A DNA stretch of 59,626 bases, filler included. It is 6 parts of 6 records of this genome, joined end to end, with 100 filler letters (N's around TTAATTAATTAA, not from the genome) between each part and the next. Parts side by side here need not be neighbours in the genome. Positions count along the whole stretch, not along the records: positions 13,336 to 20,617 come from SRR31156797_15198; positions 20,718 to 43,085 come from SRR31156797_15203; 4 more parts are not named here. The stretch is one strand, 5' to 3'. Below the pieces are notes generated by a model. That model had not been told where the DNA came from, searched no databases, and worked only from the letters and a program-made list of their open reading frames with translations. Below are positions 13,444 to 23,731 of the stretch, one piece after another. Both the position numbers and the translations under genes were made by a program. The stretch's first letter is position 1, and the number at the start of each line of letters is the position of its first letter.

Positions 13444-14064
13444 ATGAAAAAAATTATTTTTAGCATAATGCTGGCTCTTGCATTTGCTTCTTGTACTAAC
13501 AACATGCAAACTAACCTTACGTTAATGCCGAGAGTCCAAATAAATCCTAGAGCAAATGAAACTGCTGAAAAAATTAAATCTTTAAACCAAACTATTGCAA
13601 CACATAAAGTTAATAGAACTATATTCTACTACAGCAACGGGGAAACATTCCAAAACTTTGACGGTTATACATTTTATGTAACACCTTATCTTGTTGAGGA
13701 TGCATCAATTGTTCAGAGAGTTTCTATTAGATTATTTGCAAAAAGTGTAACGAATAGAAAAGATATGTTTAAAACTATAAGTATCTTTGATGAGAAAGAA
13801 AATAAAGCTGTATTTTCTTTCAATGAAATTAAAAGAACTGTTGAAAATGATGATTTCTTAATTACTGAATCAAGTGATATTTTATTAGCTTATGAGCAAA
13901 TTCAAATTCTTGAAAAAATGATAGATTCTAAAAATATCTATGCTACTTTCCATGGTGAAAAAAATTATACTTTTAAAATGAATCGAAATTTAAGAGAAAG
14001 TTTTTTAAATATTATAAGAAAATATAAACTTATGGTTTCACCAACAATTTTAGCTACAACTTAA
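13444..14064 (+). CDS. Hypothetical lipoprotein
   Basis: SD GGAGG; signal MKKIIFSIMLALAFAS-C with lipobox; no recognised domain. Confidence 0.75.
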   Translation: MKKIIFSIMLALAFASCTNNMQTNLTLMPRVQINPRANETAEKIKSLNQTIATHKVNRTIFYYSNGETFQNFDGYTFYVTPYLVEDASIVQRVSIRLFAKSVTNRKDMFKTISIFDEKENKAVFSFNEIKRTVENDDFLITESSDILLAYEQIQILEKMIDSKNIYATFHGEKNYTFKMNRNLRESFLNIIRKYKLMVSPTILATT

Positions 14065-14080
14065 TTAATAATAAATAATT

Positions 14081-14116
14081 ATCCCCGTTTGATTCTTAAT
14101 CAAACGGGGATTTTTT
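14081..14116 (+). terminator. Intrinsic terminator between convergent genes
   Basis: Perfect 14-bp stem ATCCCCGTTTGATT/AATCAAACGGGGAT plus T tract. Confidence 0.85.
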
Positions 14117-14142
14117 ATTTTAATTCTTAATTTATCAGCTCT

Positions 14143-16104
14143 TTAATTTTCCAATTCTTCAGCCTTATAGATATATTCCAGTATTAGATTAATAAACATA
14201 GCATGACTCCATGTTAGCGGTGAAACTGATAAAGCTTCATTGCTATAGGGATTAACCTGTTCTGCCAGTACACCACTATCCAGTGTTCTCTCCTCTACCC
14301 ACTCAATCAACTTTTTCGCTCTTAATAGTTCATCTTTTGATTCAGCTGATTTTATATAATAAAGTGCCAGCCACATCGTAGTAATAAACCATGGATTTCC
14401 CGGAAGTTCATCACTTATTTTGTAATAATAATCATCTTCGTATCGTGCCATGCCTCCTACATCAGTATTGCACCATAATTTTTCTTTCATAATCTTCATT
14501 GTACTTTTAACTTTTTCATCTTTTGCATCAAACATGCCAAATTCAAATATCCCATACATACTTGCATCAAGTTTATAATCTTTATCAAACTTATCATCCT
14601 TTATAATATATAAACTTCGCACAAATCTGTTTTTTTCTTTATCAAACATATGCTCTATAGTTTTGTCTTTAAGCAATTTTGCTCTTTGATCAAATTTTTC
14701 GGCTAACTCCTCTTCACCAAATATTTTGGTAAAATATGCTGTTCCTTTTAGCCCCCCATATACTGATGCAACGGTAAATAAATGAATTCCAAGCCTTTCT
14801 TCCCACAAATCATAACTCTGCTTAGGCAAACCTAATTCCTCATCTATATAATCATAGATAAATTTACCTCCGCGCTTAATTAGAGATTTATAAAGAGGTT
14901 TAAGAAATTCGATATCTTTAAATTTTTCAAAATGTTTCCATAGTACCCAGATAACCAGGCTAGTTTCATCTTCCTGAATAGGAAGTTGCGGTCTATTATT
15001 ATGCACCCATGGATGCCATGAACTACCTACATTTTTGGATGAAGTATATTTATGCAGCAGATAACCCTCTTCCTCTATTACTTCTGCACAGAATTTATAA
15101 AATCTATTTGATAATACCGGATAACTTGCCAAATCAAGTGCATGTGCCGTTAATGCACCGTCTCTTGGCCATACATAACTATAGGTATCTCTATTAAACT
15201 GAATAACATCAGAGTCATTTGCAGCAATTATTGCACCTCTATTATCAATTTGAGTACGCAAGACTAATAAACTTCTTTTATATAACTCTTTAGTTCTACC
15301 ATTTAAATCTTTAAAATCTATATCCTCTTTTCTACTCCATAATTTCCAGTAATCGAGAGTTCTTTTTATTAAATTTTCGGCTCCTTTTTCTCTTATAACT
15401 GAATCAATTATATCAACCTCTTTTTGAGATTTTCCGGCTGCTATCCAGTAATAACCGGTATCACTATCACCAGCATCGATTATTAACTCTCTCGAAAGTA
15501 CTGAATCAACATTTCCTTGCTGCACAGGATTCATTCCAAGTCTGCCGTCCTCTGCGTCAAGCCATGTACCGCGTTCATCACTATGTTTTGTTCCAATGGC
15601 ATACTCTGAAAAACCACAAACTTTTGAGCAACTGATATTTACAAGAAAATAACGATTATTTTTATAATGAATAATTACATGTTTATCAGGTCTGTAAATT
15701 CCGGTATCACCTATCTCATTTCCTAGTATTGCAAAATCTTGACAAAAGAATATTTTTATAACTTTCTGCTTATCGCTATGATTTATAACAGTAAATTTTT
15801 TGATATAAATATTCTCATGAAAATCAACTGTATCGACAAACCTTATCTCTATTTCCTCTTCTTTCTTTTTAAAAACTACATTTGTAACCAAAGTGTCTTC
15901 AAAATAGTTTAGAGAATAATCCCAGCTCTTATCAATCCAGTAAAAATTTTCATCTATCATTAAACCTATCCTAAACTTATTTCCACCTATATGATTTTCC
16001 TCACCAACATAAGGAAAATAGAATTCCCGTAATCTATATTCATCATCAAAAGCCACCAGTAAATTTCCATTCCCAACTGGAATATCTCTAGGCATAACTC
16101 TCAT
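14143..16104 (-). CDS. Glycoside hydrolase family 15 (glucoamylase/oligosaccharide amylase-like)
   Basis: YSYVWPRDG, QEDET, DLWEE, LAEQ, PLTWSHA motifs. Confidence 0.92.
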   Translation of the reverse strand: MRVMPRDIPVGNGNLLVAFDDEYRLREFYFPYVGEENHIGGNKFRIGLMIDENFYWIDKSWDYSLNYFEDTLVTNVVFKKKEEEIEIRFVDTVDFHENIYIKKFTVINHSDKQKVIKIFFCQDFAILGNEIGDTGIYRPDKHVIIHYKNNRYFLVNISCSKVCGFSEYAIGTKHSDERGTWLDAEDGRLGMNPVQQGNVDSVLSRELIIDAGDSDTGYYWIAAGKSQKEVDIIDSVIREKGAENLIKRTLDYWKLWSRKEDIDFKDLNGRTKELYKRSLLVLRTQIDNRGAIIAANDSDVIQFNRDTYSYVWPRDGALTAHALDLASYPVLSNRFYKFCAEVIEEEGYLLHKYTSSKNVGSSWHPWVHNNRPQLPIQEDETSLVIWVLWKHFEKFKDIEFLKPLYKSLIKRGGKFIYDYIDEELGLPKQSYDLWEERLGIHLFTVASVYGGLKGTAYFTKIFGEEELAEKFDQRAKLLKDKTIEHMFDKEKNRFVRSLYIIKDDKFDKDYKLDASMYGIFEFGMFDAKDEKVKSTMKIMKEKLWCNTDVGGMARYEDDYYYKISDELPGNPWFITTMWLALYYIKSAESKDELLRAKKLIEWVEERTLDSGVLAEQVNPYSNEALSVSPLTWSHAMFINLILEYIYKAEELEN

Positions 16105-16187
16105 CTCCTTAAAATTCTACTTATTTCTATTTTATGAGATAAAAATATTTTTTCCTTGAAAATTAATTAGATTATTACTTTATTATA

Positions 16188-16520
16188 TTAAACTTCATCA
16201 GGTGAGTTATATTTTTCAGACCAACCTTTTATTATTACTAACGCTGGAACTAATTCCTCCCCTTTTTTAGTTAGGAAATACTCTACTCTTGGCGGGACCT
16301 CGGGATATACTTTTTTCGCAATCAAAGCTTCTTCTTCTAAAACTTTTAAATGTTGATTAAGTACTTTTTGTGAAATACCTTCGAGATTTCGTTGAAGTCC
16401 CAAAAACCTCATTGGACCTTTGGATAAATGATATAGTATTACTGCTCTCCACTTGCCACGCAACACCTCTATTCCCAAATCAAGTGAACAAAGAAATTCT
16501 TTATTTTTATACTTTATCAT
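16188..16520 (-). CDS. HxlR/DUF24 family winged-helix regulator
   Basis: GKWRAVIL, GISQKVL, YPEVPPRVEYFLT; N-terminal Cys11. Confidence 0.93.
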   Translation of the reverse strand: MIKYKNKEFLCSLDLGIEVLRGKWRAVILYHLSKGPMRFLGLQRNLEGISQKVLNQHLKVLEEEALIAKKVYPEVPPRVEYFLTKKGEELVPALVIIKGWSEKYNSPDEV

Positions 16521-16724
16521 AATTAATCCTTTCTTCTCAAAATAAAATAATATTAAAAGGGCTTTGCTTCATATAAATTAAAGTAACCAATGCATAAAAC
16601 TAACTTACTATTTAAACTAATAGAGATATGGCTTATTTCAACTTATGTATCCTCATTTTAACCTATCTTAATTAAAATGTAAATTATTTATTTTCTATAC
16701 CTACATTCTTCTATTTTCAAAATT

Positions 16725-16792
16725 CTTACCTTTTGGTAAGACGACTTACTAAAAAGTGCCTACTTGTATTAAATTTATGTTTGATATAGAAT
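16725..16792 (+). promoter_or_regulatory. Putative HxlR operator plus sigma70 promoter of radical SAM gene
   Basis: Palindrome CTTACC-TTTT-GGTAAG (16725-40), related CTTACTAAAAAGTG, then TTGTAT-17-TAGAAT (16764-92). Confidence 0.65.
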
Positions 16793-16842
16793 AGTTCTAG
16801 CTAAAACAAAAAACATTCAATAAAAATAGAAAGGAATAAAAA

Positions 16843-17721
16843 ATGAAATATACAGGAATAACATACAGACCTCCAATTGAAGCAGGAAGTTTACTTCTAC
16901 AAGTAACTGTAGGATGCGCTCACAACAAATGCAGATATTGCACGATGTACAAAAATGACAAATTTAGTATTGAAACTATTGAGCAAATAGAAAGTGATTT
17001 ACAAGAAGCTAGACGTTCACATAAAAAAGTAACTAGAGTATTTTTAGTTAATGGTGATGCTTTTGTACTTAGTGCTAATAAATTGAAAATTATTGCTACA
17101 AAAATCAATGAATATTTTCCAGAAGTAGAAGTAATTACAATGTATGCAGCCATTAGAAATATTATGGATAAAACAGATAACGAACTGCAAGAATTACTAG
17201 ATTTACGAATTAATGATTTATGGGTTGGACTAGAAACAGGTAACGAAGAAGCACTAAATTATATGAATAAAGGTTTTGAAATAAAAGATTCCTATGAGCA
17301 ATTAGAGAGACTAAATAAAATCGGAATGAGGCATAATGGCATATACATGCTAGGTGGGTCAGGTAAAGGTAAGAGTATTGAAACTGCTATCGATACTGCA
17401 AAATTAATAAATGCAACAAAACCAGAATTAGTTGCTGTTTCATCTCTAGGTTTTTTTGGAGACAGTCAATTATCAAAGGAAGTAGAACAAGGAACATTTA
17501 TTCCAGCAACTGAACTGGAAATTTTACAGGAAGAAAAAAAGTTGATTGAATTAATAGAAGTTGAAAATATACCATTTTATGGAGATCACCCTATTAATAC
17601 AATAACTATGCGTGGAATGCTTCCTAGAGATAAAGAAGCACTTATTGATGGAATTAATAATGCAATAGCAAAGATGGATAAAAATTTCTTAAATGGAATT
17701 GCAAAACGATATTCAATGTAG
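16843..17721 (+). CDS. Radical SAM protein, function unknown
   Basis: YRPPIEAGSLLLQVTVG-CAHNKCRYC, FLVNGDAF, VGLETG. Confidence 0.88.
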   Translation: MKYTGITYRPPIEAGSLLLQVTVGCAHNKCRYCTMYKNDKFSIETIEQIESDLQEARRSHKKVTRVFLVNGDAFVLSANKLKIIATKINEYFPEVEVITMYAAIRNIMDKTDNELQELLDLRINDLWVGLETGNEEALNYMNKGFEIKDSYEQLERLNKIGMRHNGIYMLGGSGKGKSIETAIDTAKLINATKPELVAVSSLGFFGDSQLSKEVEQGTFIPATELEILQEEKKLIELIEVENIPFYGDHPINTITMRGMLPRDKEALIDGINNAIAKMDKNFLNGIAKRYSM

Positions 17722-17767
17722 TTAATAAATATTATAAAAATATGCGAACACATAAAATCCTCTGTCA

Positions 17768-17808
17768 AAATAACAGGAGTTTGAAGAAACATCAAACTCT
17801 TGTTATTT
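17768..17808. terminator. Intergenic stem-loop (terminator or mRNA stabiliser)
   Basis: AAATAACAGGAGTTTGA/TCAAACTCTTGTTATTT, 17 bp with one G-U. Confidence 0.55.
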
Positions 17809-17858
17809 GATGTTTAGTTTCGTATATAGAAATTATAGCCAGAGCAAAATAGAAAGGA

Positions 17859-19055
17859 ATGATGTACTTGGATTTGAAAAAGCAAAACAAAATGTTACTC
17901 ATACTTGGGCTAATGGCATTTTTAGCAAATGGAGACAACTATGCCGCTGCAACACTTATAAGTAAAATCGCTAATGATTTACACTTACCAATAACAACAG
18001 CTGCACTCTCTGTTACAGCTTACATGCTTTCATTTGGTGTGTTTACAATTCTATTTGGTCCTTTATCCGATAGATTTGGAAAAGCCAAAATCATTAATAC
18101 TGCAGCGATGGGAACTGCAATTTTTAGTATTTTGGGAGCGACAGCATATAATTTACCTTCATTAGTTTTTTTTAGAGCTATGAACGGGATGTTTGGAGCA
18201 GGAATATTTCCAATAACAATGGCTTTGGTAGGAGAAACCTTTGCTACTGAGCATAGACAAAAAGCACTTGGAAAAGTAATGGGGTTAGCTTTCCTTGGAG
18301 GAGCAGTTGCTACAGCAATTGGAGGGGCGATTGCATATTTAGGATCATGGAGAATGGTATACTTGATTTATGGTGTCGCTGAATTAATACTCGCTATCAT
18401 GATGCTGAAAATGTTGGAAAGGGATAAACCGATTACAAATAAATTAGATATTTTTGGATCCTATAAAATAGCTTTAACTAATTTCAAGTTTATGAGATTA
18501 GTGTTTCTATTATTTTTAGTTGGATTTTCGGTATTTGGAAGCTTTACTTATACAGGGATTTTAGTTCAACAAATTACTAAATATAACGCATTTATTACTG
18601 GATTAATACTTGCTTTATTTGGACTTGGAACAGTAGCAGGTGGAAAAATGGCTCCAAAATTAAGAGCTCAATTATCAAGTAAATTTTTATTTTTGGTCGG
18701 TGTTTTGGGATATGTATCATTATTAGCTTTTTCAAAAGAAAATCACGTAATTTTAATGATGATTGAGTTATTTGGATTTGGGTTTGCATTTATCTCTATT
18801 CACTCGACACTAGTTATGACATCCCAAGAAATGCTTCCTAAAATGAAAGGAACTGCAATGTCATTAGCGTCATTTAACCTCTTCTTGGGAGCGGCGTTAG
18901 GGACGCAAGTAAATGGAACTATCATGAAATCACTAGGTATCACAGATATATTTAATAAAACAGCTTATGTAGTACTAATCTTAGGAATTTTTGCTGCTAT
19001 ATTCATAAATAAATTTGAAGATAGCAAAAGAGAGTTAGAGATAAAGAAAATTTAA
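17859..19055 (+). CDS. MFS transporter (drug:H+ antiporter-like)
   Basis: Motif A GPLSDRFGK; about 12 hydrophobic segments. Confidence 0.9.
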   Translation: MMYLDLKKQNKMLLILGLMAFLANGDNYAAATLISKIANDLHLPITTAALSVTAYMLSFGVFTILFGPLSDRFGKAKIINTAAMGTAIFSILGATAYNLPSLVFFRAMNGMFGAGIFPITMALVGETFATEHRQKALGKVMGLAFLGGAVATAIGGAIAYLGSWRMVYLIYGVAELILAIMMLKMLERDKPITNKLDIFGSYKIALTNFKFMRLVFLLFLVGFSVFGSFTYTGILVQQITKYNAFITGLILALFGLGTVAGGKMAPKLRAQLSSKFLFLVGVLGYVSLLAFSKENHVILMMIELFGFGFAFISIHSTLVMTSQEMLPKMKGTAMSLASFNLFLGAALGTQVNGTIMKSLGITDIFNKTAYVVLILGIFAAIFINKFEDSKRELEIKKI

Positions 19056-19081
19056 ATTAATACTAAAAGGAAGGTATAATT

Positions 19082-20617
19082 ATGAAAATGAAATCGAAGT
19101 TTCAATTGACATTTTTGATTATTTCAATAATTCCAATTATGTTACTTGGAATTATATCGTATGCTATGGGACTAAAAAACGCAGTTAATATCTCAAAAAA
19201 TGCTACAAATATTCAAATTAAAGATACTAGTGAAAAGATTGAGAATCTTATCCAAAATATAGATTTGCAATTAAATATTTTAGAAAGTATTTACTTGAAT
19301 TCTGGTTGGGAGGAATTTAAAGAAAACTCTGATTTAATGAATGAAAAAATGGGTAATCTTTATTTAAATACACTTTTAGTAATAGAAGAAGGACAAATAT
19401 ATAAGAATACTAAAGGAAGAAAAATCGGAAAATTTCCGGCGGCTGCATCATGGTATATTAATGCAGGAGATAAAGAACCCTATATCAGCAAACCTAGTCT
19501 TGCGCCTGCAACGGGAAAATATACAGTTGTAATCTCTAAAAAAATTCATGAAAATAGAGTACCAATTGGTGCCATAGTAATAGCATTAGATTTTGAAAAA
19601 ATTTCTGAAATTGTATTAAATACTAAAATTGGAGACACTGGTTTTGCTTTTCTAATGTCCAAGAAAAACAAAACTATATTGGCTCATCCAGATAAAGAAT
19701 TTATTGGAAAAGATCTCACTAAAATAATCCCTGAATTAGATATTATTTTTGATAATAATTATAGTAATGAATTTTTAGACTATAAGGATGAAAAAGAACT
19801 AAAAAAATTTGCTACACTAAGTATGGTAGAGGGAACAGATTTTATTTTAGCTGGAGGAACAAGTTACAAAGAATTTAATAGAAGATTTAATAGTGTAAAA
19901 ATGCTTATCATCATTATTGCTTCAAGTTCATTACTATTTAGCTTTATTGCATACCTACTTGTAAATAAAGATATTATAAAAATTGTAGAAGGTTTTATCA
20001 TAGAATTTAAAAAAGGAGCGTCTGGAAGTTTGAATACTCAGGTAAGTATAAAAACGGGGGATGAACTAGAGGAACTTGGAAATGAGTTTAATTTATTTAT
20101 GAATAAATTAAACGAGGTTATTTCAAACGTTAAACAGATGGCTACAAATGTAGAAAAAGATAATAACAATTTAACAACCTCTATGTCAGACATAGTAAAC
20201 GGAAGTAACTCTAGTGATGGGATTATTCAGTTGAATAGCTACATTAATAATATACTTGATAATGTTAGAAATCAAACAGCTTCATCTGAAGAAAGTTTAG
20301 CTTCAATTCAACAAATATCAGCCTCTAGTAATACAACCACTGAAAAAATTAAGCAGACATCTATTTCATTTGAGCAGACTGTTAAGATAGCTAACTCTAG
20401 TTACGAAGATATCGAAAAGCTCTCGAAAAGTATGGAGATTATTAACAATAGTGTGGATAGTACTAATATTAGAATTGAGAAATTGAAAGGTATGTCTGTT
20501 GATATAGGAGAAATTCTGACTGCCATTAATGGTGTCGCTGAACAAACTAATTTACTTGCCTTAAATGCTGCTATTGAAGCTGCTAGGGCTGGTGAAGCAG
20601 GAAAAGGTTTTGCAGTT
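19082..20617 (+). CDS. Methyl-accepting chemotaxis protein (Cache + HAMP; 3' truncated)
   Basis: Two TMs, Cache-like [47 protein letters not shown]. Confidence 0.95.
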
Positions 20618-20717
20618 NNNNNNNNNNNNNNNNNNNNNNNNNNNNNNNNNNNNNNNNNNNNTTAATTAATTAANNNNNNNNNNNNNNNNNNNNNNNNNNN
20701 NNNNNNNNNNNNNNNNN
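20618..20717. other. Artificial contig linker
   Basis: N44-TTAATTAATTAA-N44. Confidence 0.99.
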
Positions 20718-20718
20718 C

Positions 20719-21069
20719 ATTGATTTTTTAAATAAATATTCCTTTCCGGGTAATGTCAGGGAGCTTGAGAATCTAATTGAACGCTCTGTTGCCCTATCAT
20801 CAACCAATATCATCCTTCCTGAAAGCCTCACGATTTCAACCCATAAGCGCAGACGTTGGGTGGAAGGTCTAAAAGGCGAGCGGTTTGATCTAGAGGATGT
20901 TACATCCGGTGTTGATCTGGATGTCATTCTTGCCAAAATAGAAACCGCATACCTTGAAAAGGCCATGGAGGTTGCCGGGGGAAATAAAAAAAAGGCGGCA
21001 GACTATTTAAATTTGAGCATGCGGTCAATGCGGTACCGCCTTGATAAAACAACTGATCATGAAAACTAA
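20719..21069 (+). CDS. Sigma54-dependent activator C-terminus, PilR-like (5' truncated)
   Basis: Frame open from contig edge: YSFPGNVRELENLIERSVAL ... GGNKKKAADYLNLSMRSMRYRL (Fis-type HTH); pilin context. Confidence 0.85.
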   Translation: MDFLNKYSFPGNVRELENLIERSVALSSTNIILPESLTISTHKRRRWVEGLKGERFDLEDVTSGVDLDVILAKIETAYLEKAMEVAGGNKKKAADYLNLSMRSMRYRLDKTTDHEN

Positions 21070-21119
21070 AACCTGTACAGAGGGGTCGGTGCTAAAAATG
21101 GCACATAACTTCCAGGCAC

Positions 21120-22880
21120 TTATAACCGGCGGAGATGTTTTTCCGAATATTTGGCGTATTCGCTTTTGGGATGTCTTTTAATTAACTCTTCAAATTTAAT
21201 TTTTGCTTCAGCCTCCCTGTCTAATCGCTTTAGAATCGTCGCAATTTTATAAATAGAATCGGCTGTTTTTCTTTTTTTGTAGGCTTTTTGAAAATACTCT
21301 AAAGCAAGGTCAATCCGCTCTATATTAAAGGTGCCATCCTCAATGTTAGAACTGTAAATTATGGTGGCTGCGCGATAATAGTTTTCATATTTTTTTTCAA
21401 TTTTCACAGCTTGATCAATTAATTGCATCGCTTCTTGGTAATTGCCGTCGGCCATTTTAAATTCTGCAAGCGTAAGTGTCGCTTTAGCCCGCCATTTAAA
21501 CGGTTCAGGGTTTGAAACTGCTTTTTTAAACGCGTTTCGTGTCTCATCACCCTCCGCAGATTGACCATACAGACACAAGACCATGCTGTTTTCCGGATTG
21601 GTTTTTAATGTGGCACTCCATATTGATTTGTCACTTTTAAAGTCAAATTGCCTGTAAAAAGTGGAGAGAGTATTAACCGATAGCAAAATAATAACCGTCG
21701 TGATTATTGTTTTAGAAGGAATTTTTTTGTCCTGAACTAACCATTGAATGAACATGGCTGCTCCGATAGCCATCACAGCCAAAGACAAATAGAGATATCT
21801 TTCGGCCATCGGCACCCAGGCGACCTTGTCTAGAGCAACCAGCAAAGATGGAGAAAAAGACAGAATCAATATGAAAAAAAATGCAGGCAGTGCCCATTTT
21901 CTATAAAAGGCGAAAACTAAATTAATCAGGCATATTAAAAAAAAGAACACCGAATAAACAATCGTATTAATACTGACAATCGCAAAATTCAGCGGAAAAG
22001 GAATAATAAGTTTTTTAATATAAAATGCAATTACCGGAAAAAGAAAAAGAATATCATTAACACTGTATATACCGAATATTTTTTTTGATTGTAACTCCAG
22101 GGCTGGATTCTTTGCTGACGTGTGGGTCATAACAATTGTTTTTGCTTTTTCAGATTCGTAAAAATAATGTTCAAACCCGTTTGTTCTAAAGAAAAAATAA
22201 ATAAGAAAAGGGATTGCTGTCAAAACTGACCACTTTAACATGCTTTTTAGTATATCAATATAATTGTCCCGGCGTTTTAACTGCCTGATAGCATCAATCA
22301 ATATGATAATCGGGATAACCGCTATCGCGTTTTCTTTACAAAACATGCCGGCAAGTATACTCGCCGGAACAAGAAGATATCGAATCCTGGAACTTAGGTA
22401 ATATGCCCATACTGCTACCAGGGCAAAAAACGTTCCTGCCAGATCAGATCTGCCCGATATCCATACAACTGATTCACAAGTCATCGGATTAAGCGCAAAA
22501 AAGAGCATGGAAAGGGCTGCTATACTTTTTTGGCTTTTATTTGATAACAGCCATTGTTTTGCAATCAGGTAGACCAGAGCCGCGTTTGCCAAGTGAAAAA
22601 AATAGTTCGTAATATGCCATGCAGGAAGAGATTGTCCCCATAATACGTAGTCCACATAGCAGATTAATTCTATCAGCGGTCGGTAGTATTGTTTTGTATA
22701 AGAAGAGAAAAAGAGTTTTTTCAGTTGAAAAGAATCAAACCGATCATGAATTCTATTCAGAACATCCACATCGTCAAAGTTAAGAAATCCAAAATTGAGC
22801 ACCGGAAGGTAAACCACCATGATAATCAATAAGGCAATAAAAAAAAAACGGTTGCCAGCCGTTTTTATTATTGGTGTCAT
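21120..22880 (-). CDS. TMTC-like GT-C membrane glycosyltransferase with C-terminal TPRs
   Basis: FLNFDD, YYRPL, NYFFHLAN, ESVVWISGRSDL, CKE, MAERYLYL motifs; multi-TM; TPR-like helical tail. Confidence 0.8.
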   Translation of the reverse strand: MTPIIKTAGNRFFFIALLIIMVVYLPVLNFGFLNFDDVDVLNRIHDRFDSFQLKKLFFSSYTKQYYRPLIELICYVDYVLWGQSLPAWHITNYFFHLANAALVYLIAKQWLLSNKSQKSIAALSMLFFALNPMTCESVVWISGRSDLAGTFFALVAVWAYYLSSRIRYLLVPASILAGMFCKENAIAVIPIIILIDAIRQLKRRDNYIDILKSMLKWSVLTAIPFLIYFFFRTNGFEHYFYESEKAKTIVMTHTSAKNPALELQSKKIFGIYSVNDILFLFPVIAFYIKKLIIPFPLNFAIVSINTIVYSVFFFLICLINLVFAFYRKWALPAFFFILILSFSPSLLVALDKVAWVPMAERYLYLSLAVMAIGAAMFIQWLVQDKKIPSKTIITTVIILLSVNTLSTFYRQFDFKSDKSIWSATLKTNPENSMVLCLYGQSAEGDETRNAFKKAVSNPEPFKWRAKATLTLAEFKMADGNYQEAMQLIDQAVKIEKKYENYYRAATIIYSSNIEDGTFNIERIDLALEYFQKAYKKRKTADSIYKIATILKRLDREAEAKIKFEELIKRHPKSEYAKYSEKHLRRL

Positions 22881-23731
22881 TGTTTGGTAAACCGCAGTTC
22901 GCTCGTAGTATAAATTCGGCCATTGGGCAGAATATAAAATTGACCGCCATAGGGATCTGCGGGAAGTCTTCGGATCAGTTTTGCGGTAATCAGATCGGCC
23001 AGCTTTGTTGGATAATTACCGTATATTGACTTATATTCTCTGACTTTTTTTTCAAGTTTATCCAGCATGATGATCGATTCCAGCCGTGTTTTTAAATGCT
23101 TTCGCATAACTGGATCTATGGTTGTTTTCAACTGTTCAGATAGCAGCTGGATGGCAGGTGTGAGCTGACTCTCATATACGGAAAGTCGTGTGGCGAGGGG
23201 GACTAAAAAATCGGGTCCGCCCCCACGTTTGGCAGCTTCCATCAAATAGTGAGAGGCGTTCCGGTTGTCCCGAAGAAAATAATAATAATTAAATCCGAGA
23301 TGATATGGGGGATTAAAATCCCAGTCACGGTGCTGGGTCGCTTTTTTTAAGAGTGCGTTGGCTAGGTCAAACCGATTGAAATCCCATGCCAGGAACATAC
23401 TGTTCATCAAATAGGCATCCCAGAACCAAGGATCAAGATCGGTTATCATATCTGCGGTCTGATAAAAAAAATCAGCCTCTGCACTGTTGATCTTCTCCTT
23501 ATCCATGATTTTGCCGCCGATAAAGGTTGCGATTTTCAAGTATAGGAAATCGGAGACAATCCCTTTAAATTCGAGCGAGGCGGTTTTTGCAAAACGGGAT
23601 GGCATGATGTAACCCATCCGGGTTTTATCAAGAAGGGATTTCCTTTTGGATTCTAAATGATGCTGACTGAATAAGAAGGCAATGATAAGCACTGTCAGTG
23701 CAAAAATGATGGGTATCCTGCGTGATATCAC
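22877..23731 (-). CDS. Pilus-associated ABC accessory protein (PilG/Xap-like, TPR-like)
   Basis: N-terminal TM, DLDPWFWDAY, PYHLGFNYYYF, C-terminal YP..L..L....LPADPYGG; overlaps both neighbouring genes. Confidence 0.65.
   Translation of the reverse strand: MISRRIPIIFALTVLIIAFLFSQHHLESKRKSLLDKTRMGYIMPSRFAKTASLEFKGIVSDFLYLKIATFIGGKIMDKEKINSAEADFFYQTADMITDLDPWFWDAYLMNSMFLAWDFNRFDLANALLKKATQHRDWDFNPPYHLGFNYYYFLRDNRNASHYLMEAAKRGGGPDFLVPLATRLSVYESQLTPAIQLLSEQLKTTIDPVMRKHLKTRLESIIMLDKLEKKVREYKSIYGNYPTKLADLITAKLIRRLPADPYGGQFYILPNGRIYTTSELRFTKQ

Noticed and set aside
21099-21113. TGGCAC-ATAAC-TTCC after pilR as a relic sigma54 promoter
   Set aside because: -12 lacks the conserved G and it points antisense into the TMTC-like gene; chance match likely
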